A DNA stretch of 64,000 nt from a virus, in the IMG/VR virus record IMGVR_UViG_3300032163_000001, positions 46,249 through 110,248 of that record; one strand, 5' to 3'. The translations under genes and the position numbers were made by a program. Below are positions 1-9,982 of the stretch, in pieces. Under the pieces are notes generated by a model. It was given only the letters and a program-made list of their open reading frames with translations, was not told the origin of the DNA and ran no database searches. Position 1 is the stretch's first letter. The number at the start of each line of letters is the position of its first letter.

Positions 1-1115
1 AAGCCCCTCCTGGTTCTGGAAAAACGATACTTAGTATTTACGCAGTAGCTACTAGAAAGAAGAAAACATTTATTTTAGTTCATAAAGATACTTTAGTAGA
101 ACAATGGATAGGTCCAGGAACTCCAGAGAAACCTCAAGGATTTTTAACGTTTACAGATATTAAAAAAGATCAAATATGTAGGTTAACTTCAGCTAATTAT
201 AAAGAAGCTCTTAAGAAATCAATCATAGTTACAACAGATCAAATGTTTATTTCTTTATTAAAAAGAGATAGAATAAATTTCTTAACTGAACTTAATAAGG
301 CGGATATTGGAATCTTTATAGCTGATGAAGTTCATACTTCAGTTGGAGCTCCTACTTTTTCTGAATGTTCTATCCATATTCCTTCTAAAGTTGTTTTTGG
401 TTTATCTGCAACTCCATATCGATACGATGGTAATAATGATATTATACAATATCATCTTGGTGATATTTATATCCCTCATGGTAGTGCTAGTATTATGGAT
501 GCTAGAGTTGTAGTTTTGTTATTTGATTCCGGTCTTGGAAAATCAAGAGCGTATATTTATTGGGGCGGAAGATTTCAGCTTGCAAGATATTTGAACCTTC
601 TAAAAAAGTCTGAAATGTTTATGAATGTATGTAAATCATTACTAACAAAAGTTATTTCAGATGGAAGAAAAACTATTTTCGTTTCTTTTAGATTAAAGAT
701 GATAGACCAATTATTTAATTTCGTAGGGATTGAAGATAAATCAAAATTTACTGAAAGTGCTAAAATTGATGTATTGGAACATCAAATAGTTTTTGCAACT
801 CCGAATAAGATAAGAGATGGTATAGATATCCCTACCAAAGATTGTCTTATTATGTCGTCTCCTGTAAGTAATATTGAACAGATATGTGGTAGAGCAGTTC
901 GAATAAGTAAAGATAAGAAAGAACCTATTGTTATTGATCTTGTAGATCTTTCTTATGAAGATATAAGTAGAACTTTGTTTAAAAGGTTGGACTATTATAA
1001 ATCGATTACTGAAAGTAAAAAAGAATGGAACATAAGATATTTGAGAATTAAACTTAATGGTGAAAAAGAAGAGTTATCAGAAGATCAGGCGCTAGAGTTA
1101 GTGAAAGGGGAGTAA
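1..1115 (+). CDS. SF2 DExH-box helicase, 5'-truncated by window edge
   Basis: Frame 3 reads APPGSGKT (Walker A) from nt 3 and continues into the ORF at 243. DEVH box (IADEVHTS) follows, then a helicase C-domain-like region. Confidence 0.75.
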   Translation, partial: APPGSGKTILSIYAVATRKKKTFILVHKDTLVEQWIGPGTPEKPQGFLTFTDIKKDQICRLTSANYKEALKKSIIVTTDQMFISLLKRDRINFLTELNKADIGIFIADEVHTSVGAPTFSECSIHIPSKVVFGLSATPYRYDGNNDIIQYHLGDIYIPHGSASIMDARVVVLLFDSGLGKSRAYIYWGGRFQLARYLNLLKKSEMFMNVCKSLLTKVISDGRKTIFVSFRLKMIDQLFNFVGIEDKSKFTESAKIDVLEHQIVFATPNKIRDGIDIPTKDCLIMSSPVSNIEQICGRAVRISKDKKEPIVIDLVDLSYEDISRTLFKRLDYYKSITESKKEWNIRYLRIKLNGEKEELSEDQALELVKGE

Positions 1116-1292
1116 GAAAAATGAAATCAAACGAGAAGCGAAAAGAGATGAGTCAAAAAGAATTTCTAGAAAAATTTAAAGAACATTTAAAATATCTGAA
1201 AAGGAATCATATATATATTTTCCACAGACAGAACAAGAAGTTAAAAGGAGAACAGGCTTTAGAATTAGTGAAATCAGAATAGGAGAATTATT

Positions 1293-1601
1293 ATGAATGA
1301 AAAAGAACTTTCAATAGAAGGAAAAGAACTAGAAGGTAAGTATATTATCCTTAAAGAAAAATATTATAGTGGAGATGCAGTAAGTAGGGTATTTAAGTGT
1401 ACCGGAGGATTTGGGTGTAATCCAAATACTCTGGGTAAGGCAGTGTTTGGACAACGCACTGAGGATGGAGCAAGGTTCAGATCTGAAAGGTATGAAATAG
1501 AAAGGTTTGCTGAAGAAGAAGAAGTTGAAAATGCAAAGAAAATATATTTAGATAAAGAAGAAGCTAGAAGAGTAGTAGAAGCTGATAGTTATGTAATATA
1601 A
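1293..1601 (+). CDS. hypothetical protein
   Basis: ORF with GGAGAA-type RBS, 102 aa, no recognisable motif. Confidence 0.4.
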   Translation: MNEKELSIEGKELEGKYIILKEKYYSGDAVSRVFKCTGGFGCNPNTLGKAVFGQRTEDGARFRSERYEIERFAEEEEVENAKKIYLDKEEARRVVEADSYVI

Positions 1602-1621
1602 AAAGAGTATAGGAGAGTAAA

Positions 1622-2197
1622 ATGAAAGATCCTGTAATATGCTATATGGATGAAACTGCTTGGACACATGAATTAGGATTCGATAAACACGGAACTACAT
1701 TATATCTAAACGTTGAAGATCTGGAACGGAAAAATGAGTGTGTAAAAATAAAATCTTGTGGAATAGTTAAAGTAGAAGTCAAATTTCTTGAAGTTGTTAG
1801 AAAAGGAGATGTAGCTAAAGGTATAGAAGAAATGAAGACAGAGGCACTAAAGACTGTAGAGGGTATCGATTTAAATGCATCTAGTGGGTATAGGAGCTTC
1901 GAAACCCATAAGTCTTTGTCTTATCGAGAGGTTATCTTAGGACAGAAGGCACTTGACCGAGCTAATGCGACAGGAGATTTTGAAGGTTGGGTTCATTGCG
2001 ATGGTCCAGGTGATATGTTTCTTGGAACCCTTGGAGAAGATCTAAAAATGCAGAAGCTTCTAGAGGCGAATGGGGTTGATTTCTTCGAAGGAACGATTGT
2101 TGTATCGGACTATGATGTTCGAGATGTTTACAAAAGAGAAACTGGGAGATCATTACCTGACGAACGAGAACTAAAAGCAAGAGAAAGTGGAGATTAA
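1622..2197 (+). CDS. hypothetical protein
   Basis: 191-aa ORF with RBS AGGAGAG, tightly packed with neighbours. Confidence 0.45.
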   Translation: MKDPVICYMDETAWTHELGFDKHGTTLYLNVEDLERKNECVKIKSCGIVKVEVKFLEVVRKGDVAKGIEEMKTEALKTVEGIDLNASSGYRSFETHKSLSYREVILGQKALDRANATGDFEGWVHCDGPGDMFLGTLGEDLKMQKLLEANGVDFFEGTIVVSDYDVRDVYKRETGRSLPDERELKARESGD

Positions 2198-2200
2198 AAA

Positions 2201-3229
2201 ATGAAAATAGGGATAACGGCTGATTTGCATCTTTCGGGTTTTAGCCAAGATATAGTAGACTCTGCTACTAACTTACCGCAGAGGTTAGCAGAAAAAAAGA
2301 AAGTATGTTACAACATTATTGAGGACATGAAATCCAGAGGTTGTAATATTCTGATTATAGCAGGAGATTTGTTACATAATAAATCAATCATTTATTCAAT
2401 TGCACAATCTGTAATGTTAAATTTTATTAGACGTAATATAGATATAACTTTTATAATTATAGATGGAAATCATGACCTTTCTGGTAAAGGAAAAAATGTT
2501 GTATCATCCTTAGAATGTTTGGATAATGAACCGAACGTTGTTAGAATTAAGAAAGAAGGAACAATTTCAGAACTTAAAGATTTCTTCTTCGTTCCATATT
2601 CAATGGAAATTTCTCAAATAGTTAAGAAGAATAGTTCTCAATATTTAGTTTCTCATTTTGGTTTAAATGAAGCTTTATTAAATTCAGGTTCTAGTATAGT
2701 ATCTGACGTTTCATTAAAAGATTTAACTGGTAGATATAGTCTAGCTTTTTTGGGACACTACCACCTTCCACAATCAATAGAAAGAGGTAATATAAAAGTT
2801 TATGTTCCGGGATCTATATCTCAAACTGACTGGACTGAAAAGAATGAAGATAAAAGGTTTCTAATTTTTGATAGAGAAACAGAAGAAATTGAAAGTATAC
2901 CAACAGTTGGATATAGAAAACATTTCGAGTTAGTTATTACAAATCAAAATAAAATAGAAGTAATTAATCAGGCTAGAGAACTAAAATCAAGAGGAGATTA
3001 TGTTATTTTGAAAAAGGAAGAAGCAGTAGAAACATCTGAAATCTCAAAAGAATTTATAATAATTGATAAAACAAGTAAAGATATTTCAAATCGAGGAATT
3101 TCAACATCAATGTCTGACTTAGAAAAGATTAGGAGATATGAAGAAATTATGAAAGTTGATGAGGGAGATAGAGAAGATGTTGAAAAAGAAGCATTGGATG
3201 TTATACAATATTGTAGTGGAGAAGTTTAG
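2201..3229 (+). CDS. sbcD: SbcD/Mre11-like metallophosphoesterase nuclease
   Basis: Calcineurin-like phosphoesterase motifs DLHL, GDLLH and GNHD. Lies directly upstream of an SbcC/Rad50-like ATPase. Confidence 0.7.
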   Translation: MKIGITADLHLSGFSQDIVDSATNLPQRLAEKKKVCYNIIEDMKSRGCNILIIAGDLLHNKSIIYSIAQSVMLNFIRRNIDITFIIIDGNHDLSGKGKNVVSSLECLDNEPNVVRIKKEGTISELKDFFFVPYSMEISQIVKKNSSQYLVSHFGLNEALLNSGSSIVSDVSLKDLTGRYSLAFLGHYHLPQSIERGNIKVYVPGSISQTDWTEKNEDKRFLIFDRETEEIESIPTVGYRKHFELVITNQNKIEVINQARELKSRGDYVILKKEEAVETSEISKEFIIIDKTSKDISNRGISTSMSDLEKIRRYEEIMKVDEGDREDVEKEALDVIQYCSGEV

Positions 3230-3240
3230 GAGGAGCAATC

Positions 3241-3429
3241 ATGGGATCTGTAAAAGATAAAGAAGTAGGCTTTATAGTTCATACAGTTGAACATAGAGAA
3301 TATTTTGTAAAGAATACTAAGACTTTAGAAGAAGCTGTTCAAGTTGTAAAAGATGTAAATCTCAGTCCTAAAAGTAAGAGAGTAGAATTGATACAATTTG
3401 GAGATTTCGAAATTATTGAAGAGGAGTAG
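3241..3429 (+). CDS. hypothetical small protein
   Basis: 62-aa ORF with RBS GGAGGAG. Confidence 0.35.
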   Translation: MGSVKDKEVGFIVHTVEHREYFVKNTKTLEEAVQVVKDVNLSPKSKRVELIQFGDFEIIEEE

Positions 3430-3431
3430 TT

Positions 3432-3716
3432 ATGAGTTATCCAATGTATGAAATCTATAAATTTTTAAAGAAAAAGAAAGGTTATAAAATAGAAGTAGAG
3501 AGAGAAAATGATAAGATAATATCGATTTATTGTAATCCTAAAGGAAAAATTTTACTAGAAAATTTTGGAGATCATATTCCATGTGTTACAATTTCTTTTG
3601 AACTCGAAAAATTTAAAGTTATTTGGGGAGTAGTAACAGTTGAAAGTGATTATTCAGGAGAAGGTGAATTTGAAGATTATACAAAAGTTATTAAAGATTT
3701 GGAGGAAAACTTGTGA
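3432..3716 (+). CDS. hypothetical small protein
   Basis: 94-aa ORF, start overlaps the previous stop. Confidence 0.35.
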   Translation: MSYPMYEIYKFLKKKKGYKIEVERENDKIISIYCNPKGKILLENFGDHIPCVTISFELEKFKVIWGVVTVESDYSGEGEFEDYTKVIKDLEENL

Positions 3717-5920
3717 GAAATATTGAAATTGATTCGTGGGGTTTTGAGAATTTTTCGTTATTTACTGAACCGATGGAAATAAAAGTAGTTAATGGAAAAA
3801 TCACATTAATAACGGGACCAAATGGTATTGGAAAAACAACAATATTTGATGGTTTATCATACGCGATGCATGGAGTAACTAGTAAGGGTCTTAAAGGTGA
3901 GGATGTAGTAAATGATAGAGTTCTATCTGACTGTTATGCTTGGACTAAATTTAAAGTTAATGAAGATGAATATAAAGTAGATAGGTATTGTAAACATAAG
4001 AAAAATGGAAGTAATGTTATTCTTTACAAGAATGGTATGGATAAACCTATAGCAGTTGGAACAAACGAAGTTAGAGAAGCTGTTGATAAACTGTTTATGC
4101 CTCATAAATTGTTGATGAATATATTATTCTTTTCTCAGAAAGTTAAGACCTTCTTCACAGATCTTCCAGATGAACAACGAAAAGAAATTTTTAGAAAAAT
4201 TCTTTTACTAGATGATTATGTTAATTACTATAAAGAAGTATCTAGAAGAATTAATGAGTTAGAGAAAGAGATTTCTAAAATAAAGAACAATCAAATAGTC
4301 ACAACATCTTTAATTGAAGATTGTATTTTAGAAATTAAGAAAGGAGAAGAACGAAAGAAAGAATATTATGTTAAGAAAGAGAAAGAGATATCTGATATTA
4401 TTGGTAACATAATGACTTCACAAGATAAACTGATTCAATTACAACGCAAGTTGTCAGATATAGAATATGAAGAAGTTCTGCAGAAAAAGTTAGAAGATGT
4501 TAACCGGAAGATTTCAGAAGTAGAAATGAAAAGTAAACTTATTGATAGTGAATTTCAGAAAAAGAAAGATGATATTGCTATAAGAAAAGCTTCTAAAAGA
4601 TCTGAAGTTGAGAATGAAAAACACGGAAAAGAAAAAGAAGTGTTAGCTGAAAAATCGAAGTCTTTAGTAGATCTACAATCAACATATAATAATTTGAAGA
4701 TTTCTTATAACAATAACATTTCTAGTTTAGATCAAGAAATTTCTAAAAAGATTTCTAAAATTAACTCAAATAATAGTTTGGTGAATTTACATTCATCTAG
4801 CAGGATTGAAATATTTGAAAAGGTTTTTTCTAAACCTACATCTATTTGTCCAGTATGTGATAGAGAAATCACGAAAGATGTTGTTGAAAGATTAAGAGAA
4901 AAAATGGCGCAAATAGATTTAGAGATTTCACGTTTAGAAGAAGATACTAAAAATTGTAACTATGATATCCCAGACATTGAGTCTAAGAAAACAAAATTAA
5001 AAGAAGAATTTGATAAAGAGACAAAAGATTATGAAAGAAATGTTAGCGAAGTTGAAATGATAAACAATCGTCTCATTAAAGAACTACAGGATAGAGCAGA
5101 AGGAGCTTTTAAGAAATTAGATAAAATAGAAGAGACTCAAGTTAAAGAGTTAGAAGAAGAAAAAATAAAAGAGAAATCTAACCTTCCTTCTTTAATTTCT
5201 TTATCTGAAGAAAAAGGAAAAGTATTATTAATAGTAGAAGATAGAAAGAAACTAGAGAATGAGATTTCGACTGTTAAATCTAAAATTGAGTCTGAAGATA
5301 ACCTTCTTAAATATAAACAAACAGAAATGTTTGATCAAACTTTAGTGCTTATCCCAAAGAAGAAACTTGAAGATCTTCAGAGTTCTCTTAGTAAACTTTC
5401 TGAAGAAATGATTGTTGTGGAAAAGAAATCTAGGATTCTTAGTTTCTTAAAGAAAGCGTTTTCTCCAACAGGTATTCCAAGTATGTTAATAGATGATTCT
5501 ATTCCATTTATTAATGAAACTGTTTCAAAGTATTTAGACAGTATTTCTAACGGCAGATACATTGTTTCTTTTGATACAACGAAGGAAACAAAGGGTGGAG
5601 ATATAAGAGATAAAATATCGATGAATGTTTTGGATACGGTAACTTTAGCAAATAAAAGAGAAAAACTTTCTGGAGGACAAGTTCGATTAATTGATATTGC
5701 AACAATTTTAACACTGTCTAGACTACAAGAAGTTATGCAAGATGTTAGGATAAATTTACTTTTGTTTGACGAGATTTTTGATAGTCTCGACGACAGCAAC
5801 ATTTCTTATGTTTCTAGAGTTCTAAAAGAAGTTTCGAAGGATAAAGCTATCTTTCTTATTAGTCATAGACATATAGATTTATTAGAAGCAGACGAGATTT
5901 TGAGACTGGAAGGTGGTTAA
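3713..5920 (+). CDS. sbcC: SbcC/Rad50-like SMC-type ATPase
   Basis: Walker A GPNGIGKTT, long coiled coils, central CPVC zinc hook. Signature LSGGQ and Walker B LLLFDE with D-loop. GTG start. Confidence 0.8.
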   Translation: MRNIEIDSWGFENFSLFTEPMEIKVVNGKITLITGPNGIGKTTIFDGLSYAMHGVTSKGLKGEDVVNDRVLSDCYAWTKFKVNEDEYKVDRYCKHKKNGSNVILYKNGMDKPIAVGTNEVREAVDKLFMPHKLLMNILFFSQKVKTFFTDLPDEQRKEIFRKILLLDDYVNYYKEVSRRINELEKEISKIKNNQIVTTSLIEDCILEIKKGEERKKEYYVKKEKEISDIIGNIMTSQDKLIQLQRKLSDIEYEEVLQKKLEDVNRKISEVEMKSKLIDSEFQKKKDDIAIRKASKRSEVENEKHGKEKEVLAEKSKSLVDLQSTYNNLKISYNNNISSLDQEISKKISKINSNNSLVNLHSSSRIEIFEKVFSKPTSICPVCDREITKDVVERLREKMAQIDLEISRLEEDTKNCNYDIPDIESKKTKLKEEFDKETKDYERNVSEVEMINNRLIKELQDRAEGAFKKLDKIEETQVKELEEEKIKEKSNLPSLISLSEEKGKVLLIVEDRKKLENEISTVKSKIESEDNLLKYKQTEMFDQTLVLIPKKKLEDLQSSLSKLSEEMIVVEKKSRILSFLKKAFSPTGIPSMLIDDSIPFINETVSKYLDSISNGRYIVSFDTTKETKGGDIRDKISMNVLDTVTLANKREKLSGGQVRLIDIATILTLSRLQEVMQDVRINLLLFDEIFDSLDDSNISYVSRVLKEVSKDKAIFLISHRHIDLLEADEILRLEGG

Positions 5921-6520
5921 ATGCTATGTGAATATAGTTGTGGAAAGGAAGCAACTCACCAATTCAAAAATGGAAAATGGTGCTGTGAGAAAGTTATTAA
6001 TAAATGCCTTGAATGGAAAAGGAAGAATAAAAATAGTCATATAGGTTTAAAGCACTCAGAGAATTCTAAGAATAAAATTAGATCAGCAAATGAGGGAAAA
6101 CCCAAAACTGAAGAACACTGTAGAAATATAAGTAACACTAGAAAAGAAAAGAAACTCTCAGAAGGAAGAAGTAATCCAATGTTTGGTAGACACCATTCAG
6201 AAGAAACAATTGAGAAAATTCGTAAATCTTTGCTGGAAAAAGTTCAGTCAGAAGAACATAGAGAAAAAAATTCGGGAGAGAATAATTATGGATGGAAAGG
6301 TGGGGGAATTGGATATCTTCATGATAAAGCCAGAAAATTATTTGGAAAAGATAAATGCGAAAAGTGTGGTATTTTTATTGAAGACTATATTAAAGATAGA
6401 ACAGTTAAAAGATTTGATATACATTGTGTTACTAAAGACTATACAATTATGGAAAAATTTAATTGGTTATGTTTATGCAGAAGTTGTCACTGGATAGTAG
6501 AGAAAAGTAGAAAGTCTTAA
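5921..6520 (+). CDS. HNH homing endonuclease with N-terminal Zn finger and NUMOD3-like motif
   Basis: N-terminal CEYSCGKEATHQFKNGKWCC. NPMFGRHHSEETIEKIRKS (NUMOD3-like). C-terminal CEKCG...H...CRSCH (HNH). Confidence 0.7.
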   Translation: MLCEYSCGKEATHQFKNGKWCCEKVINKCLEWKRKNKNSHIGLKHSENSKNKIRSANEGKPKTEEHCRNISNTRKEKKLSEGRSNPMFGRHHSEETIEKIRKSLLEKVQSEEHREKNSGENNYGWKGGGIGYLHDKARKLFGKDKCEKCGIFIEDYIKDRTVKRFDIHCVTKDYTIMEKFNWLCLCRSCHWIVEKSRKS

Positions 6521-6640
6521 GGTTATCTTAAGAAGAAAGGAGAAGGAAATGGACAAGAAGAAGAAATTAGAAATTCTGTCTTTACTTCTTAAAGAATACT
6601 TAGATCACTTACAGAGACTTTTAGATATTGGGAGGTAAAA

Positions 6641-7021
6641 ATGGATACTGAAGTTAAAGAAGAATTTAAACAAGTTTGTGTGTGGACAGGATGTGTTGTT
6701 GGTCCAGATAAAATTAGAGAATTCTGTACGTTTATGCAAGAGCAGTTTAGCGTAAGAGTTAAATATCTTGAAGAAATTAAAACTCAGCCAGATACAGATA
6801 GTAATGGATATCGTGTTCCAGGTACAGGAGGTAGAAATGATTTATTGTTTTCTGTTCATAATGAAGATGCTGGTAAGTTTGCAGTTCCCAGATTAGCGGC
6901 AGGTATTCGTTGGATTGAAGATGTACTTGCAGAATGTAACTATAGATCACCTATCTATCCAAAACGCATATTTGAATATTGTAGTTGGAACAAAGAAAGT
7001 TTATCTCATTTTGGTGATTGA
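6641..7021 (+). CDS. hypothetical protein
   Basis: 126-aa ORF with RBS GGGAGG. Confidence 0.4.
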   Translation: MDTEVKEEFKQVCVWTGCVVGPDKIREFCTFMQEQFSVRVKYLEEIKTQPDTDSNGYRVPGTGGRNDLLFSVHNEDAGKFAVPRLAAGIRWIEDVLAECNYRSPIYPKRIFEYCSWNKESLSHFGD

Positions 7022-7091
7022 GGAGGGTAATACTCTATAGTTAGTTCCATCTATAACTAGAACAAATATTAAAATTACTACGGAGAAAACT

Positions 7092-7979
7092 TTGTATTGT
7101 AAAGTAGATGATTTATATTATTATACAGAAGGTAGTCAAATAGATGTAGAAAAAGGATACGTTTCTTTTATATGTAAACGTTGTAATGATCGTTGTAGAA
7201 AAATTGGTTACCTTTTAGAGTTTAAATCTCTCAAACGATCTATGTTATGTTCTTCTTGTAATAATTCCCAAGTCTCAAAATATCGAAAAGAGACTATGAT
7301 AAAGAACGGTATATATGATAAAAGGTGTAAAGATTTTTCAGAAGTAGGAAAGAAAACTCTTACAAAATTTAGAAGTAAATTAAGTAAAGATCAAATTAGT
7401 GAATTATGTAGTAAAGCTGGTAAAAAGAATTATGAAGTAAGCATCAAAAATAATAGTAAGTTTTTTCAGAATATTTATACGAAAGAATTTTGGAATAAAA
7501 TTAGAGAGAATCCAGAAAAATACCAATTTTATATTTTACATCTTACTAATATATCTCGAAATAATTGGAATAATTATACTCCAGAAGAAAAAAACAATCG
7601 CTTAAAAAAATCATTTAAAAATATATCTAGATCTAAAGTATCTGAAGAATTTAAACAATGGTTAAAACAAAATAATTTATATCAAGGATTTAAAAGTGAA
7701 CAGTGGATAAAGGGTTATAAAGTTGATGAATTATCTGAAGAAAAAAAATTAATAATTGAATTCTATGGAGATATTTATCATTGTAATCCTGTATTATTTA
7801 AAGAAGAAAATCAATATTGTTCTTGGCTTGATAGAACTGTTAAAGAACAATGGGATCGAGATCGTAAAAGAATAGAAGATCTATTAAAATATGGTTATAG
7901 TATTATTATTATTTGGGAATCAGATTATTATAATGATAAAGAGAGATTATTAGAAAGGTTAATAAAGGAGATAAGATGA
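7092..7979 (+). CDS. homing endonuclease, Vsr-like/EDxHD-type nuclease domain with N-terminal Zn fingers
   Basis: C-terminal IIEFYGDIYHCNP...DRDRKRIEDLLKYGYSIIIIWESD resembles the Vsr/DUF559 PD-(D/E)xK fold. CxxC pairs at the N-terminus. TTG start. Confidence 0.5.
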   Translation: MYCKVDDLYYYTEGSQIDVEKGYVSFICKRCNDRCRKIGYLLEFKSLKRSMLCSSCNNSQVSKYRKETMIKNGIYDKRCKDFSEVGKKTLTKFRSKLSKDQISELCSKAGKKNYEVSIKNNSKFFQNIYTKEFWNKIRENPEKYQFYILHLTNISRNNWNNYTPEEKNNRLKKSFKNISRSKVSEEFKQWLKQNNLYQGFKSEQWIKGYKVDELSEEKKLIIEFYGDIYHCNPVLFKEENQYCSWLDRTVKEQWDRDRKRIEDLLKYGYSIIIIWESDYYNDKERLLERLIKEIR

Positions 7980-9046
7980 GTAGTTTGGTTGTTGATGTTA
8001 ATATAGTTGAAGAAATTTTACCCCATCCGAATGCAGATAATTTGGAAATAGTTCATGTAAAAGGTTGGCAAGTCTGTATCCAGAAGGGATCATTTAAATC
8101 TGGGGATTTAGGGGTCTATTTTCCTCCAGATTCGTTGTTAACAGAAGAATTATGTAATAGATTAGGTATATGGAAATACACTTCTAAAGGAAAGATTAAA
8201 GGGATCAGATTAAGGGGCGAACCTTCATATGGACTCTTTATCCCACTATCTGAATTTCCAGAACTAAAAGATTCAAAAGTTGGGGATGACGTAACTCAAT
8301 TACTAGGAGTAGAAAAATGGGAACCGCCCCCCGAATTTGCAACTGGTGATATGGAGGTTTCACATCCATTATTTCACAAGTATACTGATATTGAAAACTA
8401 TGGAAATTTTCCAAATGTATTTGATGATGACGAATTTGTAATACTAACAGAGAAGATCCATGGGTGTAATTCGAGAATAGGACTTGTGGAAAATGAATGG
8501 ATGGCAGGAAGTCACAACGTTAGAAAAAAGATGCCAGATATTTGGGCTGAGAATTTATACTGGTATCCTCTAACATATGCAAAAGGTGACTGTGATAAAG
8601 ATGGACATTCAGACGTTCAGCAAATGTTAATAGCGATGACAGGAGAAATGTACAAAGCAAAATCAGTTATCCTATTTGGAGAGGTTTATGGATGGGTTCA
8701 GAAATTAAGATATGGACATAAACCAGGAAAAATTTCTTTTGTTGCGATTGACTTATCTATTGACGAGAAGTATCTTAGTTGGTTTGAATTTTATGGTATT
8801 ATGAAACTTTTTAACATTCCAATTGTTCCTGTTATAGAAATAGCAAAGTTAGAATATATTAAAGATATTGGTTTAGATAAGTTTGCTAGTGGTAAAACTA
8901 AAATACTAGGTCCTGATGGTAACCCCATAGATCAAATAAGAGAAGGTTTTGTTATGAAACCTGTGAAAGAAAGGAGAGCACCTGACATAGGAAGAGTAAT
9001 TTTGAAAGTTAAAAATATTGACTATGTCTCTGGAAATTATGAGTAA
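7976..9046 (+). CDS. ATP-dependent RNA ligase (Rnl2-like nucleotidyltransferase) with N-terminal tRNA-binding-like OB domain
   Basis: Motif I KIHG, motif IV EGFVMK, motif V-like ILKVK. N-terminal HPNADNL...G...GDLGVYF resembles a tRNA-binding OB fold. Confidence 0.6.
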   Translation: MSSLVVDVNIVEEILPHPNADNLEIVHVKGWQVCIQKGSFKSGDLGVYFPPDSLLTEELCNRLGIWKYTSKGKIKGIRLRGEPSYGLFIPLSEFPELKDSKVGDDVTQLLGVEKWEPPPEFATGDMEVSHPLFHKYTDIENYGNFPNVFDDDEFVILTEKIHGCNSRIGLVENEWMAGSHNVRKKMPDIWAENLYWYPLTYAKGDCDKDGHSDVQQMLIAMTGEMYKAKSVILFGEVYGWVQKLRYGHKPGKISFVAIDLSIDEKYLSWFEFYGIMKLFNIPIVPVIEIAKLEYIKDIGLDKFASGKTKILGPDGNPIDQIREGFVMKPVKERRAPDIGRVILKVKNIDYVSGNYE

Positions 9047-9072
9047 GTGATTAACTGGGGTGGGAGGGTTTA

Positions 9073-9318
9073 ATGGTATATCAATGTGTCAAATGTGGGA
9101 AAATTTGGGGGAGGGGTAGGAAAGATGATATAAGTCATGGTTTGTGTAGAAGATGTTTGAAGGAATGTTTAACACCAATATACAGACAGAGACAATTGCG
9201 AGAAAAGAATTTTGATTGTTTTGGAAAGTGTAGTGGATATTGTGATCAACTAACATGTAAATATAGAGAACTCTGTGTTGATTCCACTGGAAATATTTCT
9301 ATACAAATGCAGAAGTAG
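9073..9318 (+). CDS. Cys-rich small protein (11 Cys in 81 aa)
   Basis: Contains CVKCG, CRRC and other Cys pairs (CSGYC, TCKYRELC); RBS GGGAGGG. Confidence 0.4.
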   Translation: MVYQCVKCGKIWGRGRKDDISHGLCRRCLKECLTPIYRQRQLREKNFDCFGKCSGYCDQLTCKYRELCVDSTGNISIQMQK

Positions 9319-9324
9319 GAGAAA

Positions 9325-9801
9325 ATGATGGGAGAACGACGATATGTTTTTACTGAAGGACTCAAACCTGGAATGTTAGTTTTTCATACATCTTGGGATC
9401 TTAGAACATCAGATCCGATGGAAGTAATAAAGAAAGGTAGAGAAATATTAATGAAAGATATAGATAGTGGAGAAAAAACTAGCATTCTTAAAGAGGAAGA
9501 AGAAGGTCAATGGTTAGTATATAAAGAAGCTAATAAGAAAGAAAAGAAAAAGAGAGAAAAGAAAAAAGATATAGTTTTAGGAATGATAACATGGGGATGT
9601 AGTCATAATTTTCCAATAGAAGTACTAAAAGATTTTGTGAATAACTGTAATGTTAAAGATGTTAATGATATTGATATGGGAAGTTCTGATTATGTTTTAC
9701 TTTTAACGTCTAAAAAAGTTTCTGAAAAGGAAGCATATAATCAAAAGATGAGAGAAATGTATGAAGATGATTGGACTGATATTGAGTATGAAGAGAACTA
9801 A
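9325..9801 (+). CDS. hypothetical protein
   Basis: 158-aa ORF with RBS AGGAGAA. Confidence 0.4.
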   Translation: MMGERRYVFTEGLKPGMLVFHTSWDLRTSDPMEVIKKGREILMKDIDSGEKTSILKEEEEGQWLVYKEANKKEKKKREKKKDIVLGMITWGCSHNFPIEVLKDFVNNCNVKDVNDIDMGSSDYVLLLTSKKVSEKEAYNQKMREMYEDDWTDIEYEEN

Positions 9802-9982
9802 GAATTTATCAAATTGATAAACAATTATATAAATAAATGTGCAGATGGATTAGAGATAATCTATCTCCTTTGTTGTCAGAATTGTAAAGGAGGAAGAAAA
9901 TGAATAAATGGTTTGTAGGAGCAGTTTTAGTATTTTATTTAGTACTTATTGTAAAGTACGGGGTACTAAAAGGAGAGTAAAA

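Noticed and set aside
6183-6497. 104-aa ORF nested inside the HNH endonuclease gene
   Set aside because: Same strand, alternative frame, no RBS. The HNH frame carries recognisable motifs.
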